Shown piece by piece: positions 1 through 11,399 of a stretch of 64,000 bases of DNA. Position 1 is the stretch's first letter. Each line of letters opens with the position of its first letter. The notes under the pieces were generated by a model that saw only the letters and a list, made by a program, of their open reading frames with translations, was not told the origin of the DNA and ran no database searches. This stretch comes from Pseudomonadota bacterium (GTDB lineage: Bacteria > Myxococcota > JACRCW01 > JAFGSX01): assembly GCA_043821645.1 (NCBI GenBank), contig JBDRCO010000113.1, forward strand, positions 32,001-96,000, given 5' to 3'. The position numbers and the translations under genes were made by a program.

Positions 1-133
1 ACAGGGGATTCTTGCCGGTGTTGACTGCCACCGCGACGATGAGCTTGTCGATCAGGTGCAGACCCCGGTGCACCAGGTTGACGTGGCCATTGGTCACCGG
101 GTCAAAGCTGCCTGGATAGATCGCGCACTTCAT
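1..133 (-). CDS. coaD: Phosphopantetheine adenylyltransferase, N-terminal part (runs off the window)
   Basis: Manual translation from ATG at 133: [55 protein letters not shown] signature; ATGA overlap with the rsmD stop; rsmD-coaD is a common gene order. Confidence 0.95.
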   Translation of the reverse strand, partial: MKCAIYPGSFDPVTNGHVNLVHRGLHLIDKLIVAVAVNTGKNPL

Positions 134-717
134 GCCTTGTCCTCGTGGATCACCGCAGGACGAGGCGCACCGTGCGGCGGGCGTCGTCCCAGTGTGACCG
201 CAGTATCACCATAGCGTCGAACCCGAACCTCGTCCGCTGCGCCAAGCTCCACCTGATCGCGCGCCGCGTGTTCGATCACCAGGCGTCCACCCGGGGCGAC
301 CCTTTGCAGCAGGACCGTGTTCCAGAAGGCCGCCTCGGGCAGGTCCCGGTAGGGCGGGTCTGCCAGCACCGTATCGTAGAGACCGTCTTCGGGCCGAGAA
401 ATAAAGCTGCGCGCATCCATGACGAGGACCTGGGCTCGGTCTGTCGCCCCCAGGCTATCGAGATTGGCCCGGATCACCTCGGCAACGCGTGGTGACTGCT
501 CCACGAACACGGCCTGGCGTGCGCCGCGGGACAGGGCCTCGATCCCCAGGGCCCCGGAACCCGCGTAGAGGTCGAGGACACGCTCGTCGTCGAGGTGCTG
601 ACCAAGGATGTTGAAGATGGCCTCGCGCACCCGGTCGGCCGTGGGCCGCACTCCCGCGACAGGCGTCCGCAGCCGCCGGCCCCGCCACGAGCCACCGACC
701 ACGCGCAGCACGTTCAC
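130..717 (-). CDS. rsmD: 16S rRNA m2G966 methyltransferase
   Basis: [53 protein letters not shown] at 717 overlaps the upstream stop. Confidence 0.92.
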   Translation of the reverse strand: MNVLRVVGGSWRGRRLRTPVAGVRPTADRVREAIFNILGQHLDDERVLDLYAGSGALGIEALSRGARQAVFVEQSPRVAEVIRANLDSLGATDRAQVLVMDARSFISRPEDGLYDTVLADPPYRDLPEAAFWNTVLLQRVAPGGRLVIEHAARDQVELGAADEVRVRRYGDTAVTLGRRPPHGAPRPAVIHEDKA

Positions 718-1571
718 TCCATCCAGGTCAGCGAGGCCAGGCAACTGGAACCGGAGCCCAGCAGACCATGTTTTCGCAGTGCCAGACGCACCTCGGCATA
801 GGTCACGCCCTCGATGCGGTCGCGGGTGATCGCGTCGATGGGTGCGAACAGGGCCTCGTCGTCATCGACCTCGAGGCTGCGGGCGATGATGCGCAGGAAG
901 GTCTCGCCGGATAGCAGCCGGCGGTGCGCCAGTTCCGGAGACACCATGACGCCGTCCACGACCAGGCTGGCGTGGGATGCTCCTGCTTCGGTCAGGGTAC
1001 TAGGGGCCAAACCACAGCGGGCAAACAGGTCGAGGACGCGATCCGCACTGCCCGCAGGCAGATCCACGAGTTCGATCCCCAGGCCAAACTCTGCCACCAC
1101 CTGCATCAGGGCCAGCGTCCGGTGCAGTTCATCCTGCGCCTGGGGTATCGGGAACAGGAAGGAGGTGAAACCGGCATCGATCACGTCGTGCAGGATCTCC
1201 CCGGCGAGATCCACGGGCATGCCCCCGAGGGCCGCGTCAACGACCGTCGCCAGCACCAGGGGTGCTCCAAAATGCACCGCGTCAGCACCCCGCACCACCG
1301 CGCTGCTGGTGGTCAGCGCAGCCTGGCGTGAGCCTTCTCCATCCCAGAACGAGCCCGCGATGACGGTGAGCGCCGCGTCGAGATCCTCGCACGCGCGCAG
1401 CACGCCGGGCAGCACCTCAAACCGGTCCACCTCCACCGCCACGGTCCCCACCTGGGCTGCGGCAGCAGCCTCGACCAGAGCCGTCCCGGACAGCACCAGC
1501 GCGCGACTGCCGACCCCGAAGTGTCGCTGAACGGCCGTTGGCCGGAGAGCGTAGATCTCGTCACTGTGCAT
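714..1571 (-). CDS. Degenerate class II fructose-bisphosphate aldolase-like protein (possible pseudoenzyme)
   Basis: N-terminus (RP...SRALVLSG, VLRACEDLDAA) and DAGFTS resemble my recollection of deltaproteobacterial class II aldolases; no HxDH zinc motif. Confidence 0.5.
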   Translation of the reverse strand: MHSDEIYALRPTAVQRHFGVGSRALVLSGTALVEAAAAAQVGTVAVEVDRFEVLPGVLRACEDLDAALTVIAGSFWDGEGSRQAALTTSSAVVRGADAVHFGAPLVLATVVDAALGGMPVDLAGEILHDVIDAGFTSFLFPIPQAQDELHRTLALMQVVAEFGLGIELVDLPAGSADRVLDLFARCGLAPSTLTEAGASHASLVVDGVMVSPELAHRRLLSGETFLRIIARSLEVDDDEALFAPIDAITRDRIEGVTYAEVRLALRKHGLLGSGSSCLASLTWME

Positions 1572-1699
1572 GGTGCGGGCTCACCTCGCTGTGCCCAAGA
1601 CCTATCAGGCTCGCCGAGTGCTGAGAAGTGGGGTGGCGGCCCGGCCCGTCGGTGCGAGGTGGTTCCGACGTCACCTCGGCCCCGCGTCGGTGGTGTCCC

Positions 1700-2635
1700 T
1701 CAGCCTGTGTTCAAGATCTCGCTCGCCTTGATGGCGCGCCGCAGCGCCGCCGGGTCCGGTGCCACCAGCCAGGCGTCCACCCTCTCGCGCCTCAGCCAGG
1801 TCCGCTGACGCTTTGCATAGCGACGCGTGCGCAACCGGGTCTGCTCGATGGCGGCCTCGCGCTGCAGGGTTCCGTCAGCCAGTGCCAGGGCCTCGGCATA
1901 GCCCAGGGTGCGCAGCACCTCTATCTCCCCATGGCGTGCTCGCAAGGCCACCGCCTCGTCGACCAGGCCGCCATCGAACATGGCACGTGCCCGCTGCGCG
2001 ATGCGCTTCTCGAGCAGCGGTGGAGGCTGGTCCACCACCAGCCAGCACACGGAGAAGGGGTGGTCGGAGAAACCATGTTCGCCCTGCTGCGCCGACAGGG
2101 GGCGTCCAGTGAGGACCTGTACCTCGAGAGCCCGGATCACCCGAACCACGTCGTTCGCGGGAAGCCGTGCGGCGGCCTCGGGATCCACCTGGAGCAGGCG
2201 GGCATGCAGCATCTCGTTACCGTGCTGGCGACGGAAGCTCTCCAGCTCCGCACGCAACCTGTCGTCGCGGCCGGCGACGGGCACCAGACCACGGCACAAC
2301 GCCCGCAGGTAGAGCCCGGTGCCGCCGACCACCAGGGGGACTCGCCCGCGTCCCCGGATCTTCTCCGCAACCGCCCGAGCGTCATCGACGAAACGCGCCA
2401 CATCGTAGGTCTCGAAAGGCTCAACCACGTCGAGGAGGTGGTGCGGAATCCGCGCGCGCTCGCTTGCACTTGCCTTGGCCGTGCCGATGTCGAGCCCGCG
2501 ATAGACCTGCCGCGAATCCGCCGAGATGATCTCGGCGTCGAGGTCCAGGGCCAGTTGAAGGGACAGCGCAGTCTTGCCCGCTGCGGTGGGTCCAGAAAGC
2601 ACGATCAGGGGGGGCGCTGCAGGAGCCGGTGGCAC
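1700..2635 (-). CDS. miaA: tRNA dimethylallyltransferase
   Basis: GPTAAGKT, SADSRQVYRGLDIGTAK, VGGTGLY, TRRYAKRQRTW. GTG start estimated. Confidence 0.96.
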   Translation of the reverse strand: MPPAPAAPPLIVLSGPTAAGKTALSLQLALDLDAEIISADSRQVYRGLDIGTAKASASERARIPHHLLDVVEPFETYDVARFVDDARAVAEKIRGRGRVPLVVGGTGLYLRALCRGLVPVAGRDDRLRAELESFRRQHGNEMLHARLLQVDPEAAARLPANDVVRVIRALEVQVLTGRPLSAQQGEHGFSDHPFSVCWLVVDQPPPLLEKRIAQRARAMFDGGLVDEAVALRARHGEIEVLRTLGYAEALALADGTLQREAAIEQTRLRTRRYAKRQRTWLRRERVDAWLVAPDPAALRRAIKASEILNTG

Positions 2636-2645
2636 GGTGGGGCGC

Positions 2646-3629
2646 TCAGATGCGGCGAGACAAGTAGATCGCGTAGGCGCTCTGGCAAGCGCCCTGCAGA
2701 CCATCATGAAGGGCACGCACGTCGCCAGCGGCCCAATTCGACGGATCGTCACGCAAGAACGAGGTCTTATCCACGCGGTTGTCGAAGCGTACCAGAGGCA
2801 GGGTGTAGGTGCGCTGGCCGACCTGGACCTCGAGCGCACCGGGCGTGCTCGACACCGACAGCAGGTGGTCGATGTCGTCGCAGCCGTAGTCCCTCATCAT
2901 GACCTCGAGGGGCACGCCGTGGTGCAGGATCGAGCCGGGATCGTCGGGATCCGTTCGCGCCGCGTTCTTTCGCCTCGACTCCTCGGGAGTCACCCACACG
3001 TAAAGAATCGCTGCACGGGCCAGGATCAAGTCAGAAAGCTGAGACAGCGTGTACTGGTAACCCATGGGGGCCTTGAGCGGCATGGCCGAGCCGTCGGCGC
3101 CTCCGCGCGCGAACTCGATGACCACGGTCTTGCCCTTGAGAGAGCCCGGGAGTCCTCGACGTCGTTCCTCGAGGTGCGCTGTGGCCTCGCGCTCGAGGAC
3201 ATCGGCCAGCCTGTACCGAGCATCCTGGCCAAGGGCGCTCAGCCGTGGTTCGATCCCGGCAGCTTGTGCGGCTCTGTCCAGCCGCTGCAGGAGGTGCTGT
3301 CCCGGCGAGCGCGGTTCCGCCACCTTGCCGATGACGAGTTCGTCGTAGTCCTCGTTGACCAGGTGAACCAGGGTTCCCCAGTCGAAGGGATTGGCGAAGG
3401 AGCAGTCCGGCGCCCGGAAGAACACCCGCGGCTGGCCCATGGCCACCAGTTCATCGTCGACCCGACGCATGACATGCACGTAGGGAAAGTCATCCAGCTG
3501 GACCGCACCGCCAATATGAAAATCCCGTTCACATTTTTGCGGCGAAACATTCTCGAGGTAACGCCGGATCTCGGACTTGCCCGACGCGGGCAGGGCCAGC
3601 AAGAGCAAAGTGTCAAAGACCTGCGCCAT
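2646..3629 (-). CDS. Hypothetical P-loop-like protein
   Basis: N-terminal LLLALPASGKSE (Walker A-like); normal protein composition; co-oriented with and 10 bp upstream of miaA. Confidence 0.75.
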   Translation of the reverse strand: MAQVFDTLLLLALPASGKSEIRRYLENVSPQKCERDFHIGGAVQLDDFPYVHVMRRVDDELVAMGQPRVFFRAPDCSFANPFDWGTLVHLVNEDYDELVIGKVAEPRSPGQHLLQRLDRAAQAAGIEPRLSALGQDARYRLADVLEREATAHLEERRRGLPGSLKGKTVVIEFARGGADGSAMPLKAPMGYQYTLSQLSDLILARAAILYVWVTPEESRRKNAARTDPDDPGSILHHGVPLEVMMRDYGCDDIDHLLSVSSTPGALEVQVGQRTYTLPLVRFDNRVDKTSFLRDDPSNWAAGDVRALHDGLQGACQSAYAIYLSRRI

Positions 3630-3728
3630 CGAGCACCTCGCCTGCATTGACGTCGTGGATTGCAGCCGTCACCATGGCAGTTGGGCCGATCATCGTCAAT
3701 TGTGGACGGCCGTCGCAGGGGGTGCGCC

Positions 3729-4442
3729 ATGAGGTCCACGCAGGTCGAGATTCCACCCATGCTCCGGACTCTGCGCCCTGAACGCGAAGGCGAACTTGTG
3801 GCCTTTGACGCCGACGGCGTGCTGTGGCCTGGTGACATGGGTGAGGACTTCATCGAGTGGCTCCTCGACGAGGGAGCGCTCGATGCGCGGGCGGCCTGGG
3901 CTGACTACAGGGGACGCTATCCTGCCAATGACCCCCAGGGCTGCCTGGTTCTCGCCAGCTTCTATGCGGGCATGACGCCGTCGCGACTTCGAACCCAGGT
4001 CGAGCGCTTCTGGCAGCAACGTCCACCTCCGCTGGACGAGAGGACAACGGGCGTGATGACCCGGTTGCATGACGCAGGCTTCGAGGTCTGCGTGGTCTCA
4101 GGCACGGTGCGGGCCCTGCTGCTGCCCGTGCTCCAGATCCTGCCCGTGCAGCACCTCCTCGCCCTCGAGCTCGCGGTCGATTCACCGGGCGTCTACACCG
4201 GGGCCGCCATCGGTACGGCAACGTTCGGGGAAGGTAAGGCTCGGGCCCTGCGCGCCGTGGCAGGATCGCGTCCCGTTCGCGTCGCCGTCGGCAATTCCGG
4301 ACTCGACATCGCCATGTTGGAACTGGCCAGCGACCTGGCCTGGGCCTACCAACCCGATGCTGCCCTGCGTGCCGCGGCCGAGGCGCATGGCTGGACCATC
4401 ACCGAGACCGAGCCCCTGGAACCCCCGGACAATCTCGGGTGA
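3729..4442 (+). CDS. HAD-superfamily phosphatase (phosphoserine phosphatase-like, HAD-IB)
   Basis: AFDADGVLW (motif I), VVSGT (II), GEGKA (III), GNSGLDIAML (IV). Confidence 0.85.
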   Translation: MRSTQVEIPPMLRTLRPEREGELVAFDADGVLWPGDMGEDFIEWLLDEGALDARAAWADYRGRYPANDPQGCLVLASFYAGMTPSRLRTQVERFWQQRPPPLDERTTGVMTRLHDAGFEVCVVSGTVRALLLPVLQILPVQHLLALELAVDSPGVYTGAAIGTATFGEGKARALRAVAGSRPVRVAVGNSGLDIAMLELASDLAWAYQPDAALRAAAEAHGWTITETEPLEPPDNLG

Positions 4443-4466
4443 CGACGAGATCTCCGGTCGTCTGGC

Positions 4467-5087
4467 TCACAGGGAGATCGGATCAGCGATGCCGGGGTCT
4501 GGCGCAGTCGCCGGACCGGGCTGCGCCGCCGGCTGCTCGATCTTCCCGTTCGCGGGGATGCCCGCCTCGTCGATCACGCCTTGCGCCACGTAGATGGGTG
4601 CCTGCGCGCCAAGGGCCAGCGCCACGGCATCCGACGGACGGGCGTCGATGGCGATGAGCCGCCCCTCGCTGCGAACGTAGATCGTGCCCACGTACACGCC
4701 GCCGCGCAGCGCATCGATCTGAACGTGATCGAGGTGACCCCCGAGTTCGCGCATGGTGGCATCGAGCAGGTCATGGGTCAGGGGACGCTCAAAACGTCGG
4801 CGCTGCATTCGCAGATGAATGGACAGCGCCTCCCCCTCACCAATACCGATGGGGATGAAGAAGCTGCGCGTCGCGTCGTGAAGAAACAGGGTGTCGCCAC
4901 CCGAGGTGGGCATGACGCCTGCCACGAACATCTCCACGAAGCCTTCCGGCGCCACGATGGGAGGTGCTGATTCCACCTCCGACTTGCCCGCCGGTTCACC
5001 TGACGCTCGCGGGGCCATGGGTTGTGGCGCCGAGGCACAGGCCGCGACCAGACCCATCACACTCACAAAAATTGACCTGCCCGACAT
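4467..5087 (-). CDS. Bifunctional nuclease (DUF151/BFN) family protein with predicted lipoprotein signal
   Basis: IPIGIGEGEA, RPLTHDLL, IDARPSDAVALAL; N-terminal hydrophobic stretch ending LVAAC. Confidence 0.88.
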   Translation of the reverse strand: MSGRSIFVSVMGLVAACASAPQPMAPRASGEPAGKSEVESAPPIVAPEGFVEMFVAGVMPTSGGDTLFLHDATRSFFIPIGIGEGEALSIHLRMQRRRFERPLTHDLLDATMRELGGHLDHVQIDALRGGVYVGTIYVRSEGRLIAIDARPSDAVALALGAQAPIYVAQGVIDEAGIPANGKIEQPAAQPGPATAPDPGIADPISL

Positions 5088-5292
5088 GCGTCTTGCCCAT
5101 GAACCACGCGGCCCTGTCACAAGTGTAGCAGTGACTCCGGGGTGGCGCACGTCGTCGTCCGACGCTGGCCGCGACCATGTCGGGTGTGCGGGAGCAGCAC
5201 ACTAGAACTGTGGTTAGGGATCACCCGCTCCTGCGCATCGAGACAGCGGCGAGCTTGCTCGCGGGGAGCCTTGTTTCTATGGTCCCAAAGGA

Positions 5293-5745
5293 ATGCCCCG
5301 CGTCGCACAGCACGGCAACTCGATCCTGACCAGCCTCTGCACGTCCGCAGGCGCCCTGGCCGCCTGTGTTCGCGACGAGAGCTCGCCGATGACCTGGTGG
5401 CAGAGCCGCGGTGGCCGCAGAGTGCTGTGCCAGGCGGCTCTCGACCATCTCCTCGAGGAAGCTCTGGTAGAAATATCGGACAAGCCCTTGCGCTCGGGCC
5501 AACGCCTGCGCCTGTGCCGCGACGACACTCCGCCATTCGGCTTCGCGTATTCCTTTGCCGGAATCTACATCGCCCTGGTGGTGTTCGACGCACCCTTCAA
5601 CCGCTTCATCGCCGAGCCGCATCTCCGGCTCGCCCTGCCCCTGCTCGAGAGACTCGTGCCGCGCTTGCCTCCTCTCGACGACGATCGCACCGGCGTCGAG
5701 GGAACAGGGCGTGCACGCAGCGCCCGCCGCCCGAGATCCGTCTGA
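5293..5745 (+). CDS. Hypothetical protein
   Basis: 150-aa ORF filling the gap between two minus-strand genes, with protein-like composition; no motif recognised. Confidence 0.55.
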   Translation: MPRVAQHGNSILTSLCTSAGALAACVRDESSPMTWWQSRGGRRVLCQAALDHLLEEALVEISDKPLRSGQRLRLCRDDTPPFGFAYSFAGIYIALVVFDAPFNRFIAEPHLRLALPLLERLVPRLPPLDDDRTGVEGTGRARSARRPRSV

Positions 5746-5765
5746 CCTGTGGCCTGGCGGGAGTG

Positions 5766-7202
5766 CTAGCCCCTCGTGGACACCGCTTCGGCGCTGGCGC
5801 CACCCACATCCGGTGGCAACCTGAAAATGAACAACCCTGTCCAGGCATAGAAAAGCGCGATGAGCGGGATCAGGTAGTTGAGAATGGCCCAGGGCGCATA
5901 GGTGAAGGTGGCGACGCCCAGGGTGGCCGACATGAAGGCACCGCAGCTATTCCAGGGACACAGCGCCGAGGTCACGGTGCCCGCATCCTCGAGGGTGCGC
6001 GAGAGCATGCGTGGAGCCAGACCGAATCGCGGGTAGGTATCGCGAAACATGCGCCCTGGAAGGACGATGGCAAGATACTGGTCAGCAAGCAGGAAATTCA
6101 TGCCCACGGACGCGCCCAGGGTCGAGGCGATCAGTCCACGCACGCTATGCACTTTCTTGAGCAGGGCATCCAGCAGGGCCTGGATGAACCCCGCCCGCTC
6201 CATCACACCACCGAAGGCGGTGGCGCACAGGATCAGCGCGATGGTGTCGAACATCCCGCTCATGCCGCCCCGCGACAGCAGCTTGTCCACAGCGACATGT
6301 CCCGTACTCGACGTGAACCCGGAATAGCAGACGCTGAGGATCTGCCCCACATGCTGCCCCTGGAACAGCCACGCCATCACTCCTCCCAGCGCAGTCGACG
6401 CCAGGAGGGCCGGCACCGCCGGTACCCGCAGCAGGGCCAGGCCAATCACGAGGACCGGGGGCAGCATCAGCCACGGCGAGAGACGCTGGCTGTTGGCGAG
6501 GGCATGCTGCAGATTCTCGACGGCGGTAGAGTCAAACGAGCTGACGTGCGTGCTGCTCAGGAAGCCGATCCCGGTGTAGACCACCAGGGCGATGAGGAGG
6601 GCCGGCACCGTCGTGTAGAGCATGGCATGGATGTGCTCGAACAGCGTGGCCCCGGCGATCCCGGGCGCCAGGTTGGTGGTGTCGGACAGGGGGGACATCT
6701 TGTCGCCGAAGTAGGCACCCGAGATGATGGCTCCCGCAGTCATGCCGGGCGAGATGTCCAGGGCATGACCGATTCCCATCAGTGCCACGCCCACCGTGGC
6801 GGCGGTGGACCAGGAACTTCCGGTGGCCAGCGACACCACCGCGCAGATGAAACAGCTGGCGGGCAGGAACCAGTTCGGCGACAGGACTTCGAGCCCATAG
6901 GACACGAGGGCAGCCACGGTCCCCGATGCGGCCCAGGTTCCGATGGTGGTTCCGACGACGAGCAGGATGACCGCAGCCTTGAGCGCCAGGGTCATGCCCT
7001 TGACCAGCCCGTCCTCGACCTCGCTCCACGGCAGTCCGAGGCGCAGAGCGAGCACGCTGGGCGCGATGCAGGCGAGCAGGAGCAGGATGGGCACCGGCGC
7101 CTCGTCGCGGAGGAACACGATGCCGCTGGACACCAGTGCGGCAGCGATGACGATGGGCACCAGAGCTTCCCACAGGCGCGGTGCACGGGGCGTCGCGTTC
7201 AC
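5766..7202 (-). CDS. nhaC: Na+/H+ antiporter NhaC family
   Basis: GSSWSTAATVG, SGAYFGDKMSPLSDTTNLA, RGGMSGM, LSRTLEDAGT, PWNSCG; many TM segments; GGAGG RBS before GTG at 7202. Confidence 0.92.
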   Translation of the reverse strand: MNATPRAPRLWEALVPIVIAAALVSSGIVFLRDEAPVPILLLLACIAPSVLALRLGLPWSEVEDGLVKGMTLALKAAVILLVVGTTIGTWAASGTVAALVSYGLEVLSPNWFLPASCFICAVVSLATGSSWSTAATVGVALMGIGHALDISPGMTAGAIISGAYFGDKMSPLSDTTNLAPGIAGATLFEHIHAMLYTTVPALLIALVVYTGIGFLSSTHVSSFDSTAVENLQHALANSQRLSPWLMLPPVLVIGLALLRVPAVPALLASTALGGVMAWLFQGQHVGQILSVCYSGFTSSTGHVAVDKLLSRGGMSGMFDTIALILCATAFGGVMERAGFIQALLDALLKKVHSVRGLIASTLGASVGMNFLLADQYLAIVLPGRMFRDTYPRFGLAPRMLSRTLEDAGTVTSALCPWNSCGAFMSATLGVATFTYAPWAILNYLIPLIALFYAWTGLFIFRLPPDVGGASAEAVSTRG

Positions 7203-7352
7203 AGAACCTCCTCGGATCGGATCGTCAGCGGCCTGGTCCAGTTCCCCTGTCACCGCGTCAGAACCTCAGGTATACTCGATCAGACCACGAGGACACAGGG
7301 CGTTCACGCCAGGTCATCGGATGTTGATGCCTGCTGAGGCAAGGGCGAGAGC

Positions 7353-8135
7353 ATGAACGCACCAACCAAGAGCTCTGCGTTCCACGAGGTCCTGGCCCAG
7401 CGTCAGTTCAAGATCGTGTACCAACCCGTCGTCGATTTGAACAACGGACGCATCTTCTCTTACGAGGCCCTGCTGCGCAGCACCAACCCGGCGTTTTCGA
7501 GCCCGCCAGAGCTGCTCAACGCCGCGGTGGCGCAGAACGCCATGGGCCACTTCGGCCGCCTGATCCGCGAGAAGACCATCACCGATGCACCCGAGGCCAC
7601 GCTGTTCATCAACGTTCACCCTGCAGAGCTGGGAGATAGCTGGCTGGTGCGCCCGGATGACCCCATCTTCGAGCATCCCGACGGCGTGTACCTCGAGATC
7701 ACCGAGTCCGTGCCGCTGACACACTTTGACCTCTGCCACAGCATCCTCGCCGAGGTGCGCGCGCGCGGGGTCAAGCTCGCCGTCGACGACCTGGGCTCGG
7801 GCTATTCCAACCTCAAGTACATCGCCGACCTCGCCCCGGAGGTCGTCAAGATCGATCGCGACCTCATCGCCAACCTACACACCTCCAAGCGTCAGCAGAT
7901 CCTGGTCGCCGCCATCGTTCGCCTGTGCAGTGACCTCGGTGCCACGGTGGTGGCCGAGGGTATCGAGACCACGGACGAGTTCAAGGCCGCCCAGGACACG
8001 GGCGCACAGTTCGGACAGGGTTACCTGCTGGCCCGCCCCGAGTTCCCGCCGCCCCTGGTACCCTGGCCTCCCAAGAACGGCACCGCCCCGAGCTCTGCAA
8101 GCAACCCTCCCGCGTTCTCGAAATCTGCACTATAA
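7353..8135 (+). CDS. Stand-alone EAL-domain c-di-GMP phosphodiesterase
   Basis: [39 protein letters not shown]. Confidence 0.92.
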   Translation: MNAPTKSSAFHEVLAQRQFKIVYQPVVDLNNGRIFSYEALLRSTNPAFSSPPELLNAAVAQNAMGHFGRLIREKTITDAPEATLFINVHPAELGDSWLVRPDDPIFEHPDGVYLEITESVPLTHFDLCHSILAEVRARGVKLAVDDLGSGYSNLKYIADLAPEVVKIDRDLIANLHTSKRQQILVAAIVRLCSDLGATVVAEGIETTDEFKAAQDTGAQFGQGYLLARPEFPPPLVPWPPKNGTAPSSASNPPAFSKSAL

Positions 8136-8181
8136 CGGGCGCGTGTTGCGGGCACTGGACGCTCGCCACGACGAGGTCACC

Positions 8182-10328
<2,147 letters not shown>

Positions 10329-10332
<4 letters not shown>

Positions 10333-11315
10333 GCAGCGACGAGCTGATCCAGGGTGTGCGCGCGGGCGACCGGCGCTGGCTGGCCAAGGCGATCACCCTG
10401 GTCGAGAGCGCGCGTCCCGAGCACCAGACCCAGGCCGCCGCCCTGCTCGACGGTATCCTCGACACCCCACGTCGCGCCGTGCGCCTGGGTGTGAGCGGTG
10501 CGCCCGGGGCCGGCAAAAGCAGCCTCATAGAATGCCTGGGCATGCAGCTGGTGGAGAGCGGGACCCGCGTGGCCGTGCTGGCCGTGGATCCGTCGAGCCA
10601 GGTGAGCGGCGGCAGCATTCTCGGCGACAAGACCCGGATGGAGCGGCTCGGAGTTCACCCCATGGCATTCATCCGCCCCAGCCCTGCGCGGGGAAGCCTG
10701 GGTGGCGTCGCCACACACACCCGCGAGGCCATGCTGCTGTGCGAGGCCGCCGGGTATGACGTGGTGGTGGTCGAGACCGTGGGAGTGGGTCAGTCCGAGG
10801 CCACGGTGGCTGACCTCGTCGACTTCTGCGCGGTGCTGATTCCTCCCGGTGCCGGTGACGCCCTGCAGGGGATGAAGCGCGGTCTCATCGAGCTGGCCGA
10901 CGCCCTCCTGATCAACAAGGTTGACGTCGACAGCGAGGCGGCCGCACGAACCGCGCGCGACTATTCCCAGGCCCTCGAACTGCTGGGCGTCAAGGACGAC
11001 GGATGGGCCCCCCAGGTGTTGCAGATCTCGGCGCACACCGGTCAGGGCGTCGACACGCTGTGGCAGCAGGTGCAGGCGCAACGCCATGTGCTCGGTGCTG
11101 ACGGCCTCGAGCAGCGGCGTCTCAGGCAGGCGGTCCGCTGGTTCCATGCCCAGCTCGAGCAGGGTCTGTGGCGGGCCTTGCGTGGCGATCCCACCCTGCA
11201 TGCCGAGCTTCGTGCCCTGGAACAGGCTGTTCTGCAAGGTCAGATGCACCCGGACCGGGCGGCCCGCAAGCTCATCGCCCACATGCTCGCGCCACGACAC
11301 GAACCGGCCGGGTGA
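10329..11315 (+). CDS. meaB: Methylmalonyl-CoA mutase-associated GTPase
   Basis: [43 protein letters not shown] overlap with the mutase. Confidence 0.95.
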
Positions 11316-11399
11316 GCACAAACGACGACGGGTCGTTGCGTCGACGCTTCGTTCGGCGCTAGCCTGGGACAGGAGCCGCCCCAGAGCCACGGAGACGGC

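Noticed and set aside
7726-8181. N-terminal extension of the mutase ORF, suggesting a fusion or frameshift with the EAL gene
   Set aside because: The extension is an off-frame read of the EAL gene; mutase homology starts at ATG 8182, which has a GAGG RBS.
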